A stretch of 64,000 bases of DNA, from positions 16,251 through 80,250 of the IMG/VR virus record IMGVR_UViG_3300030117_001886, one strand, 5' to 3'. Position numbers and translations under genes: made by a program. A model generated the notes under the pieces. The model had not been told where the DNA came from. It worked only from the letters and a program-made list of their open reading frames with translations, and searched no databases. The stretch comes from a virus. Of this stretch, positions 37,629 to 45,928 are shown one piece after another. Positions within the stretch are counted from its first letter, which is position 1. Every line of letters begins with the position of its first letter.

Positions 37629-38321
37629 ATGAAATTAGGATTAGGAATAGCATTAGGAGCACCAGCATTTGTGCCAGTAGCATTTGACATAAATGATTTA
37701 AGCCCACAACTGTGGCTAAAGTTTAATGAAGGTCAAGGTGCAATTACTGATGGTATACAATGGGATGATCAGTCTGGTAATAATAGACACGCTTCACAAA
37801 CTACAGATGCTCAAGAGGGTAGTGGTTTCAGTGGTGGTGCTTTTGTTACTGATGCAGGTTCTCAAGATAACTTAGACCTAGCTAGCACATTTAATCTAAC
37901 AGGAGCTTATCATATATTTGTAGTATTGAATTTGTCAGAGCAAAGTAATGAGACATTTGTGTCTAGCGTAGACAACTCAAGTTTTATAAGATTTGCTCAA
38001 GGAGGTACTGCTGCCAGCTATCGTATGAAAAACGGAGGTACCACTGTAAATATAACTTTAACCGGAGGTTTTGGAACAGAAAAAGCTATAGCTGAAGTAT
38101 CTAGAGATAGTAGCAATAACATAAGAGTATTAAGAAACGGTACTGCAGTAGGTTCAGGAACAGGATCTGGTACTTTTGCTTTTGAGCAAATAGGTACCTC
38201 ATCTAACAGTATTACTTCTGGTGAGATACACGAAGTAGTTGTATTTAATAGCGCTTTAAGTAGTGAAAATGCAGCAGATGTAAGAAATGATATTGCTGAC
38301 AGAAATAGTTTAAGTATATAA
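37629..38321 (+). CDS. LamG/concanavalin-like domain protein
   Basis: 'LWLK...WDDQSGNNRHASQ...GEIHEVVVFNSALS'. Confidence 0.7.
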   Translation: MKLGLGIALGAPAFVPVAFDINDLSPQLWLKFNEGQGAITDGIQWDDQSGNNRHASQTTDAQEGSGFSGGAFVTDAGSQDNLDLASTFNLTGAYHIFVVLNLSEQSNETFVSSVDNSSFIRFAQGGTAASYRMKNGGTTVNITLTGGFGTEKAIAEVSRDSSNNIRVLRNGTAVGSGTGSGTFAFEQIGTSSNSITSGEIHEVVVFNSALSSENAADVRNDIADRNSLSI

Positions 38322-38323
38322 TT

Positions 38324-40861
38324 ATGAATAATTTTACAAAAATATTATATGCAGTGTTAATGATAGTTGTATTTGCTACAGCTACAGCATTCGGGCAGGC
38401 TTCATATATGGTTATAGAGGCACAATACGACTCGTGGGGACCACAAGAGTCTAGCTTTGAAATATTAGATGTAAATGGAAATCAAGTATATTTTAATCAG
38501 CCTACAATCCAAGACGAATATTTACTGGATACATTATGGATAGGGGCTGGTTCTTATACAGCTATATTGTATGATCAGTATGGAGATGCATGGCAAGATA
38601 CAGATCTACAAGGATACTTTAGAATATGGAATGCGTGTCAAGATACAATGGTAGAGTTTTTATGTAGTCAAACTAATTACTTTGCTACAGAAACAATACC
38701 TTTTATGTTAGGACCTTGTAATCCAAATGCACCTCCACCTCCACCATGTTTACAAGCAACAGTTATTATCAACCTAGATCAGTATCAGTCAGAAACATCT
38801 TGGCAGATAGCTGATACTAATGGTATGGTAGTTGCTTCAGGAAGTGGGTATGGAGCTGAACCTGATTATGGAACAGTTGTAATACCAGTCTGTTTACCAC
38901 AAGGACCGCTAGAGTTTACTATAATGGATACATACGGTGATGGCTTACAAGGGTCATTGTGGCAAGGACAAGATGGTTCTTATTTTATTAAACAATGTAA
39001 TGATACACTAGTATTTGGTACAGATCCAGCATTTGGGAATGATACAATACATCCTTTTGTAATTGATAGTTGTCCACCAATACCTGGTTGTACAGACCCA
39101 GATTACTTAGAGTATAACCCATTTGCAGATGTAGATGATGGTAGCTGTTTGACAGTAGCTGTATATGGATGTATTGATAGTACAATGTATAACTACGACC
39201 CTAATGCTAACGCAATGCTTGTAACACCTGTTTGTGAGTATAAATTAACTTTACATGACTTGGTTGGTAATGGTTGGATAGCGTCAAACTTAAAAATAGT
39301 TACACCTGATACTATGATGAATTTTACTCATACAGGTGGTTTTACAGACACTTACTATTTTTATTTACCTACAGGAACACCTGTAACAAGTATATTTACT
39401 ATAAGTAATCAGGCATCACTTACAACAATAGAATGTGGATTTACTTTAACAAATCCAGAAGGTGACACAGTTATACATGTACCTGCACCATTTGTACAAC
39501 CTATATTCCCGTATCAAGGAGTAAGTGTTTGTCCTAATGAGTGTATAGATAAAATATTTGGATGTACAGATACATTAGCATTAAACTATCAAGACACTGT
39601 AAATACAGATGATGGCAGTTGTTATTATGTAGCTGGGTGTATGAATCCATTATATTTAGAGTATAATAATCTAGCTGATTATGATGATGGGTCATGCTCT
39701 ACTTTGATTGTAGTAGGTTGTATGGACAGTACAGCATATAATTATGATCCTGCAGCAAATGTAGAATTAGCTGGTTCTTGCATACCTTTTGTATATGGAT
39801 GTATGGACCCAATGATGTTTAACTATGATCCACTAGCAACAGCAGCTGATACATGTATACCTTATATATATGGTTGTACAGACGCTAGTATGTTTAATTA
39901 TAATATAAATGCTAATACAGATAACGGAAGTTGTATTGAATTTGTCTATGGTTGTACAGATAGCACAATGTTTAATTATAACCCTCTAGCTAATACAGAT
40001 AATGGATCTTGTACGCCTTATGTGTACGGATGTATGGATATTGATGCACTTAATTATAATGCATTAGCTAACACAGATGATGGAACTTGTATAGATGTTG
40101 TTTTAGGTTGTACTGATTCAACAGCGTTTAACTATAATATTTTAGCGAATACAGATGACGGCTCATGCATATCCGTTGTTTGGGGCTGTACTGATGGTGC
40201 GGCCTTTAATTACAATTCATTAGCCAATACGGATGATGGGTCTTGTGTTCCTGTTATTTTTGGATGTATAGATCCAACTATGTGGAATTATTGTGATACT
40301 TGTAATACTGATAATGGAAATTGTATACCTTACTACTATGGATGCACAGACAGCACAGCACTTAATTATGACGATAATGCAAATACTGATAATGGTAGCT
40401 GTATTTATCCTCTGTCTGGCTGCACTGATGCGACCGCTATTAATTACAATCCGCTTGCTAACGTGGCAGACAGTTCGTGTTATTATAGTGCTGGGTGTAA
40501 CTCTGGTGATGTATATTATATTCCTGACGCTTGTTTTGAGTGGGTAATACAAGTAGATCCATATTGCTGTGATGATACTTGGGATGGTACATGTGACGCA
40601 TTATATGCATATTGTGAAGATGGTTGGTCAGGGCCAACAGATGTTGCAATGTATGAAAGGTCAGCACTTATACCATATCCTAATCCAACAAAAGATTACA
40701 TAAACTTTAAAGAAGAGGTGGATGTATTAGTAATAGACAATTTAGGCAAAGATCATGTTCTTTATAAGAACACTAGAAGAATAAAACTAGATAAAGGGAT
40801 AAACTATTTAAGGGTTACTAAAGATAAAGTAAACTTTACAACAATAATAATTGTACAATGA
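38324..40861 (+). CDS. Secreted repeat protein with T9SS C-terminal sorting domain
   Basis: Signal ...TAFG|QA; 14 GC(T/M/I)D...DDGSC repeats; C-terminal 'PYPNPTKDYINF...IDNLGK...LDKGINYLRV...TTIIIVQ'. Confidence 0.75.
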   Translation: MNNFTKILYAVLMIVVFATATAFGQASYMVIEAQYDSWGPQESSFEILDVNGNQVYFNQPTIQDEYLLDTLWIGAGSYTAILYDQYGDAWQDTDLQGYFRIWNACQDTMVEFLCSQTNYFATETIPFMLGPCNPNAPPPPPCLQATVIINLDQYQSETSWQIADTNGMVVASGSGYGAEPDYGTVVIPVCLPQGPLEFTIMDTYGDGLQGSLWQGQDGSYFIKQCNDTLVFGTDPAFGNDTIHPFVIDSCPPIPGCTDPDYLEYNPFADVDDGSCLTVAVYGCIDSTMYNYDPNANAMLVTPVCEYKLTLHDLVGNGWIASNLKIVTPDTMMNFTHTGGFTDTYYFYLPTGTPVTSIFTISNQASLTTIECGFTLTNPEGDTVIHVPAPFVQPIFPYQGVSVCPNECIDKIFGCTDTLALNYQDTVNTDDGSCYYVAGCMNPLYLEYNNLADYDDGSCSTLIVVGCMDSTAYNYDPAANVELAGSCIPFVYGCMDPMMFNYDPLATAADTCIPYIYGCTDASMFNYNINANTDNGSCIEFVYGCTDSTMFNYNPLANTDNGSCTPYVYGCMDIDALNYNALANTDDGTCIDVVLGCTDSTAFNYNILANTDDGSCISVVWGCTDGAAFNYNSLANTDDGSCVPVIFGCIDPTMWNYCDTCNTDNGNCIPYYYGCTDSTALNYDDNANTDNGSCIYPLSGCTDATAINYNPLANVADSSCYYSAGCNSGDVYYIPDACFEWVIQVDPYCCDDTWDGTCDALYAYCEDGWSGPTDVAMYERSALIPYPNPTKDYINFKEEVDVLVIDNLGKDHVLYKNTRRIKLDKGINYLRVTKDKVNFTTIIIVQ
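39086..40480 (+). repeat. GC(T/M/I)D-x-NY-x-DDGSC repeat array (14 copies)
   Basis: Counted from the translation. Confidence 0.85.
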
Positions 40862-41325
40862 AACTAAAAGTATTAAGATTTAGCTCAGAGGTAGACTCAA
40901 GTTCAGGCCTATTGTTTGAAGAGACTGCTATGGGAAATAAATTTTTATGCTATACACTAGAAGACGAGCGTAGAGCATTAAAAGTAAAAGGAGAAACGAG
41001 AGTTCCTGCTGGTACGTACAAAATAGAATTAAGAAAAGAAGGTGGATTTCATGAAAGATATACTAAAAAATATCCTGGTATACACCGTGGTATGTTACAT
41101 GTCACTGACGTTCCTAACTTTGAGTATATTCTTATACACACTGGAAACACTGACGAGCACACTGCTGGGTGTCTTATCGTTGGGGATGCTCAAGAAAATA
41201 ACCAATTATTACCCGATGGTTTTGTTGGTAAAAGTGTTAACGCTTACAAAAGGATTTACCCTAGTATTGCAAAAGCAATAGCTGAGGGGCAAGAGGTAAC
41301 AATAGAATATATAGATTTTGATTAA
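40858..41325 (+). CDS. DUF5675-like protein, probable endolysin
   Basis: 'CYTLED...TRVPAGTY...ILIHTGNT..HTAGCLIVG' with His/Cys dyad; near the holin. Confidence 0.65.
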   Translation: MKLKVLRFSSEVDSSSGLLFEETAMGNKFLCYTLEDERRALKVKGETRVPAGTYKIELRKEGGFHERYTKKYPGIHRGMLHVTDVPNFEYILIHTGNTDEHTAGCLIVGDAQENNQLLPDGFVGKSVNAYKRIYPSIAKAIAEGQEVTIEYIDFD

Positions 41326-41717
41326 TGTCATTAGTAGTACAAAATATAACATCAACAGCATCTAAATTATATGGTGTAAAAGGGTTTAAGAAGATAAATG
41401 CTGCAAATACAGGCTCAGGTGCCGCAACTTTGTCTTTATACTATACTGGAGTAGCTAGAAGAAATACTTCGCATGATTACTCTGAGGCGGTAACTGTTGT
41501 AGAGAGAGATTATACTTTTTACATAGTAAAAGATTTAAGTATTGATGCTGCAAAGTCTACTATAATATTAGAAGAAGGATTAGACTTTAGAGATATGAAG
41601 TACTATGACTCTGATGGAGTTTTATACAATTTGTTTGATGTTCAACTAAACGCATCAACAGGGACAGAAGGACAGACTGTAGATTTAATAATAGAATTAA
41701 GTTACGATTATGATTAA
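41325..41717 (+). CDS. Hypothetical protein
   Basis: 130-aa ORF. Confidence 0.55.
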   Translation: MSLVVQNITSTASKLYGVKGFKKINAANTGSGAATLSLYYTGVARRNTSHDYSEAVTVVERDYTFYIVKDLSIDAAKSTIILEEGLDFRDMKYYDSDGVLYNLFDVQLNASTGTEGQTVDLIIELSYDYD

Positions 41718-42129
41718 TAATTTATTAGGAGGAATATTAGGTAAGGTTGTAGATAATGCTGAAGGCATATTAGATAAAGTAATTACAACAGATAAAGAAA
41801 GGGATGAAGCAAAGTTGCAACTGCGTAAAATATTACTTGATGCAGAAAAAGAAGCTTTTGCTAAGGAAGTAGAGGATAGAAAGAGCGCAAGAGACATGTA
41901 TAAAGATGATGCTATCATTCAAAAAGTGTTAGCAACTTTGTTTACTGTAGCTTACTTTGGTATTAGTTTTGTTATGTTTAACCATTTCGTTCTGGGCGAC
42001 ATTGACTTAGGGGAATTTGAAATTAGTTTTATTTCCACTATCTTTGGGGCCATGAGTGCAAAAGTTAATACAATTGTTGATTTCTTTTTTGGAGGTAGTT
42101 CCAAGAAAAATGATACAGAGAAAAAGTAA
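41710..42129 (+). CDS. Holin (3TM-type)
   Basis: 'ILDKVITTDKERDEAK...EVEDRKSAR', two TM helices, 'DFFFGGS'. Confidence 0.7.
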   Translation: MINNLLGGILGKVVDNAEGILDKVITTDKERDEAKLQLRKILLDAEKEAFAKEVEDRKSARDMYKDDAIIQKVLATLFTVAYFGISFVMFNHFVLGDIDLGEFEISFISTIFGAMSAKVNTIVDFFFGGSSKKNDTEKK

Positions 42130-42145
42130 CCAACTAACTAGATAT

Positions 42146-43276
42146 ATGACTAAAGATGAAATTAAGGTTTTTTTACAAGAGAAACCTGGCTACCTGAAAG
42201 AAGGTGCCGAACGATTGTCTGAGAGACTAAACTGCAGTGTTGAAACCTGTAGACATGCTTTGAAAGAAGCTAGACTTGAAGCAAAAGGATCTGACTTTGA
42301 TTTAGATAATATAAATGAATCTGAAATAAGTGAGTTCAAGAAGTTCTTAAAAAATAATGAAATAGAAGAAACAGATGTCAAGTCTGTTAAGTTTTGGCAA
42401 AACATGCAAGGGGATAACAGATTCTCTGTTGTAGTAAAAGGAGAAGACGATCTAATGAAGCAAGCAAAGGAAGAGATGATTGCACTTCTAGAGTCTTACA
42501 GCCCAAAGGTTGAAAAGGACTACAACTCTGTCAAAGACCCAGTAGTATATGAAATATCCTTACCAGACATTCACTATGGTAAGTATACTGGACAGACACT
42601 TGACCAAGCTGAGGAAGAGTATATGAATACTGTAAAAGATTTACTAGCTAAAGCAGAAGGCTTAGATATAGAAAAAATCTTATTACCAATAGGTAATGAT
42701 GGTATGAACTCTGAGGGATACTCCCGTGCTACTACAAAAGGTACACCTCAGCAAGATTCAGCAGAATGGCAAGAAACATTTGTAGGATATTGTAACTTAA
42801 TGGTAAGAGCAATAAACTACTTAGCTAATACTGCACCAGTAGATGTGGTTGTTGTGCAAGGTAATCACGACTATGAAAGAATGTTTTACGCAGGTGAATA
42901 CCTAAGAGCATTCTTTAAAAACGATGAAAGAGTTGATGTTGATAATAACTTTGACTCTAGAAAATATTATAAATACGGAGTTAACTTAATTATGTTTACA
43001 CACGGAGATAAAGAAAAAACTGCAGAGATGCCACTAATAATGGCGACGGAACAACCTATGTTGTTTGCACAAACTAAATTTAGAGAAGTGCACTGTGGAC
43101 ATAAACATAAAGAAAGAGTTGATGAGTTTAGAGGAATAAAAGTAAGATTTATACCATCTATTTGTGCTAATGACGCTTGGCATAAGATGATGGGGTATGA
43201 AGCAAAGAGAACAGGGCAAGCACATATATGGAGTAAAAAACGCGGTTATGAAGGGTATTTACAAACTAACATCTAA
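42146..43276 (+). CDS. Calcineurin-like metallophosphoesterase
   Basis: DIHYG, GND, GNHD, HGD and GHKH motifs; ATG 42146 preferred. Confidence 0.8.
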   Translation: MTKDEIKVFLQEKPGYLKEGAERLSERLNCSVETCRHALKEARLEAKGSDFDLDNINESEISEFKKFLKNNEIEETDVKSVKFWQNMQGDNRFSVVVKGEDDLMKQAKEEMIALLESYSPKVEKDYNSVKDPVVYEISLPDIHYGKYTGQTLDQAEEEYMNTVKDLLAKAEGLDIEKILLPIGNDGMNSEGYSRATTKGTPQQDSAEWQETFVGYCNLMVRAINYLANTAPVDVVVVQGNHDYERMFYAGEYLRAFFKNDERVDVDNNFDSRKYYKYGVNLIMFTHGDKEKTAEMPLIMATEQPMLFAQTKFREVHCGHKHKERVDEFRGIKVRFIPSICANDAWHKMMGYEAKRTGQAHIWSKKRGYEGYLQTNI

Positions 43277-43281
43277 ATAAG

Positions 43282-43971
43282 ATGACATTAAATGAGATTG
43301 CATATAATATTTTAAACATTCTTAGAGGAGGACGTTCTAATAGTGACGAACACATGTCTCTAAGTCAAATAAAATTTAACATTAAGTATTACAGAACCAT
43401 GATGATACGTAGAGACATGGCTCGTAATAATTTTATGTCGAGACATCTAGAGCAAGATTTAGGATGTTTGAATCTCATTGAAGTAAATTCTTCAAAATGT
43501 TGCAATCTTGATTTGGATTGTACTGTTTTTAGAACACAAAGAAAGATACCTAAAACTGTAAGAGCTAATTTTAAAGAGCTGATAACATATGTAGGTGGAG
43601 CTGACGGTCTAACTAGAATACCTTTGATACAGTCTGACTATATTAAATACTTACCATATGATAAGTATACAAAAGATCAGAGAAAAGCTTTTATGATTGA
43701 AGATTATTTGTATCTATATAATCCTCATGGTATGGAGATTGTAAATGTACGAGGAGTTTTTGAAGATCCAGAAGAAGTTGCAAACTTTGATTGTGATGGA
43801 GTTGGATGCTATGATGATGATGCACCTTTCCCAATACCAGGAGATATGGTGCAAGCGATTACAAATGCTTTAATGAGGGGCGAGTTAATGCTTATGGCTA
43901 ATACTGCAGGAGATACAACATTAGATAGAATGCAGGATATGCCAACAGCTCCAGCACCAAATCAAGAATAA
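43282..43971 (+). CDS. Tail ring/tubular structural protein
   Basis: 'MTLNEIAYNI...VRGVFEDPEEV...FPIPGDM', typical of crAss-like ring proteins. Confidence 0.6.
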   Translation: MTLNEIAYNILNILRGGRSNSDEHMSLSQIKFNIKYYRTMMIRRDMARNNFMSRHLEQDLGCLNLIEVNSSKCCNLDLDCTVFRTQRKIPKTVRANFKELITYVGGADGLTRIPLIQSDYIKYLPYDKYTKDQRKAFMIEDYLYLYNPHGMEIVNVRGVFEDPEEVANFDCDGVGCYDDDAPFPIPGDMVQAITNALMRGELMLMANTAGDTTLDRMQDMPTAPAPNQE

Positions 43972-43973
43972 TT

Positions 43974-44282
43974 ATGACAGCAAAAGATATTTTAGAATAC
44001 GCAAGAGGTGGGGCTAAATCACCAGCATGGACAAGAAAGGCAGGTAAGAATCCAAAAGGAGGATTAAATGCAAAAGGTCGTGCGTCGTATAATAGAGAAA
44101 CAGGAGGTAACCTAAAAGCTCCTTCCAAAAAGAAAGGTAATAAAAGGAGATCAAGTTTTTGTAGTAGAATGTGCGGAATGAAAAGAAGACGTACTTCTGC
44201 TAAAACAGCAAGAGATCCACAATCTAGAATTAATAAATCATTACGTGCCTGGAACTGCGGGTCATGTAGCAATTGGAAATAA
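43974..44282 (+). CDS. Small basic protein (AKSPAWTRK..KNPKGGLNAKGRASY type; DUF6321-like, unverified)
   Basis: Lys/Arg-rich; the module is preceded by EYARGG. Confidence 0.65.
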   Translation: MTAKDILEYARGGAKSPAWTRKAGKNPKGGLNAKGRASYNRETGGNLKAPSKKKGNKRRSSFCSRMCGMKRRRTSAKTARDPQSRINKSLRAWNCGSCSNWK

Positions 44283-44284
44283 AA

Positions 44285-44581
44285 ATGGGATACGGTAAAA
44301 TTAAAATGAAAAAAGGTGGCGAAAAGAAAGTTGACATGGAAAAGGTCAAAAAAGACGCTAACAAGTTTATGAAAATGATGAAGTACAGATATGGTGACTT
44401 CAAAATGTCATATAAAGTAGGTGGAATGAAAGAAGTTGATGCAGAGAAAAATCCTGGATTAGCTAAACTACCTACAAAAGTACGTAACAAAATGGGTTAC
44501 AAAAAAGAAGGCGGCATGAAAAAGAAGATGATGGGTGGCACCAAAAAGAAAATGGACGGCGGCTATAAGATGAAAAAATAG
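44285..44581 (+). CDS. Lys/Met-rich protein with multiple xxGG motifs
   Basis: MKKGG, YKVGG, KKEGG, KMMGG, KMDGG; 'NPGLAKLPTKVRNKMGY' module. Confidence 0.6.
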   Translation: MGYGKIKMKKGGEKKVDMEKVKKDANKFMKMMKYRYGDFKMSYKVGGMKEVDAEKNPGLAKLPTKVRNKMGYKKEGGMKKKMMGGTKKKMDGGYKMKK

Positions 44582-45063
44582 TGGCTTATACCATTACAGA
44601 TATATATACAGACTATTGCGAGAACGTAGAGCAGATTGATAAAACTATGTTTAAAGACATATGCTTTGATTTTAATGAAGAAATCATAGAAATGTTATTA
44701 GATGGAAGTGAGTTTAACATGGGCAACAATCTATCAACTATATCTATAGTTAAAATGGACAGAGATCCTCGTAACAGAGTTATTGACTGGGCTGAGTCTA
44801 ATAGATATAAAGAAGAGCTTAAGATGGCAGGAGAGATGCTCTATGACGCTAAAACAGGAGACGGAGTTCGTTGGCATATTTATTATACAGATGACTACTA
44901 TTGTAAGTATTATTGGTACAAGGGTAGATGTAAAATAAAAAATAAATCAGTATACAGGTTTGATGCTACACGAGGTGTAAAAGGTAATAAAGAAAAATTA
45001 ACAAGGCTGCTCAAGAAAGATGATCTAGCCTATTTAAGATTTAAAAAGCATGGCAGTATATAA
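44581..45063 (+). CDS. Conserved crAss-like protein (IHF-like N-terminus)
   Basis: GTG start coupled to the upstream stop; position before the tail tubular gene. Confidence 0.5.
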   Translation: MAYTITDIYTDYCENVEQIDKTMFKDICFDFNEEIIEMLLDGSEFNMGNNLSTISIVKMDRDPRNRVIDWAESNRYKEELKMAGEMLYDAKTGDGVRWHIYYTDDYYCKYYWYKGRCKIKNKSVYRFDATRGVKGNKEKLTRLLKKDDLAYLRFKKHGSI

Positions 45064-45928
45064 TCAAATAACAAGTAGAGCAATCATTAGAAAGATAATG
45101 AGAGATCTACAGACTACTAGTGATAACTGGATTGATGATGCTATAGAGTGGATGGGTGAAGCTTTGGAGCACATAGGATCTTCTGCACAACTTCAAGAGA
45201 AAGGTTGTGTTCTTACTATAAAAAATTATAGAGCTGACTTACCTACTGATTTGTATTATATAAACCAAGTTGCTATAAACAATAATGTACTACCTTCTGT
45301 TGAAAATGAATTAACTGAGATATTAGCTAAAATAGATGCTATAAAAGAAGATCTTGATGCTAACCCTAATCAGAATGTTATTAGAGAACTTAGAGATCTT
45401 ACTAATAGACTTGTGGTTCTAGAGAATATATATTTAGCAGATACTGCAGGATTACAGCCCTTAGCGTACTCTACTACTAGTTTTCCTAAATCTATACACT
45501 GCACAGATTGTGTAAATGAGATGGCAAAACATAAAGAATCTTACTTTATAGATGCGGGCACAATAAAAACATCCTTTGTATCGGGTAAAGTATGCTTAAG
45601 TTATAAAGCATTCCCACTAGATGATATGGGGTATCCTATGGTGCCAGATGATATAAGTTTTAAAGAGGCATTATTCTGGTATGTATATAAAAAATTATTA
45701 TTAGGTAATAGTGTAAATGTACCAAATGGTATAAACTACACATTTGCAGAACAGCAATGGAAGTATTATTGTACTCAAGCTAGAAACTCTGCTGTATTCC
45801 CAGATATTGATAAGTGGGAATCATTCTTAAACCAGTGGGTTAGAATGATACCTAATATGAATAGGCATAATAATGCTTTTGAAAATTTAGGAACAAGAGA
45901 AATGTTAACGCGTAGTATTGACTATTAA
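45050..45928 (+). CDS. Tail tubular/ring protein
   Basis: 'DAIEWMGEALEHIG...SYKAFPLDDMGYPMVPD..SFKEALFWY'. Confidence 0.7.
   Translation: MAVYNQITSRAIIRKIMRDLQTTSDNWIDDAIEWMGEALEHIGSSAQLQEKGCVLTIKNYRADLPTDLYYINQVAINNNVLPSVENELTEILAKIDAIKEDLDANPNQNVIRELRDLTNRLVVLENIYLADTAGLQPLAYSTTSFPKSIHCTDCVNEMAKHKESYFIDAGTIKTSFVSGKVCLSYKAFPLDDMGYPMVPDDISFKEALFWYVYKKLLLGNSVNVPNGINYTFAEQQWKYYCTQARNSAVFPDIDKWESFLNQWVRMIPNMNRHNNAFENLGTREMLTRSIDY

Noticed and set aside
39086-40480. CRISPR-like or DGR-like nucleotide repeat array
   Set aside because: The repeats are in-frame peptide repeats with synonymous divergence. There are no identical repeats with spacers, no adenine-specific template/variable pair and no reverse transcriptase in the window.
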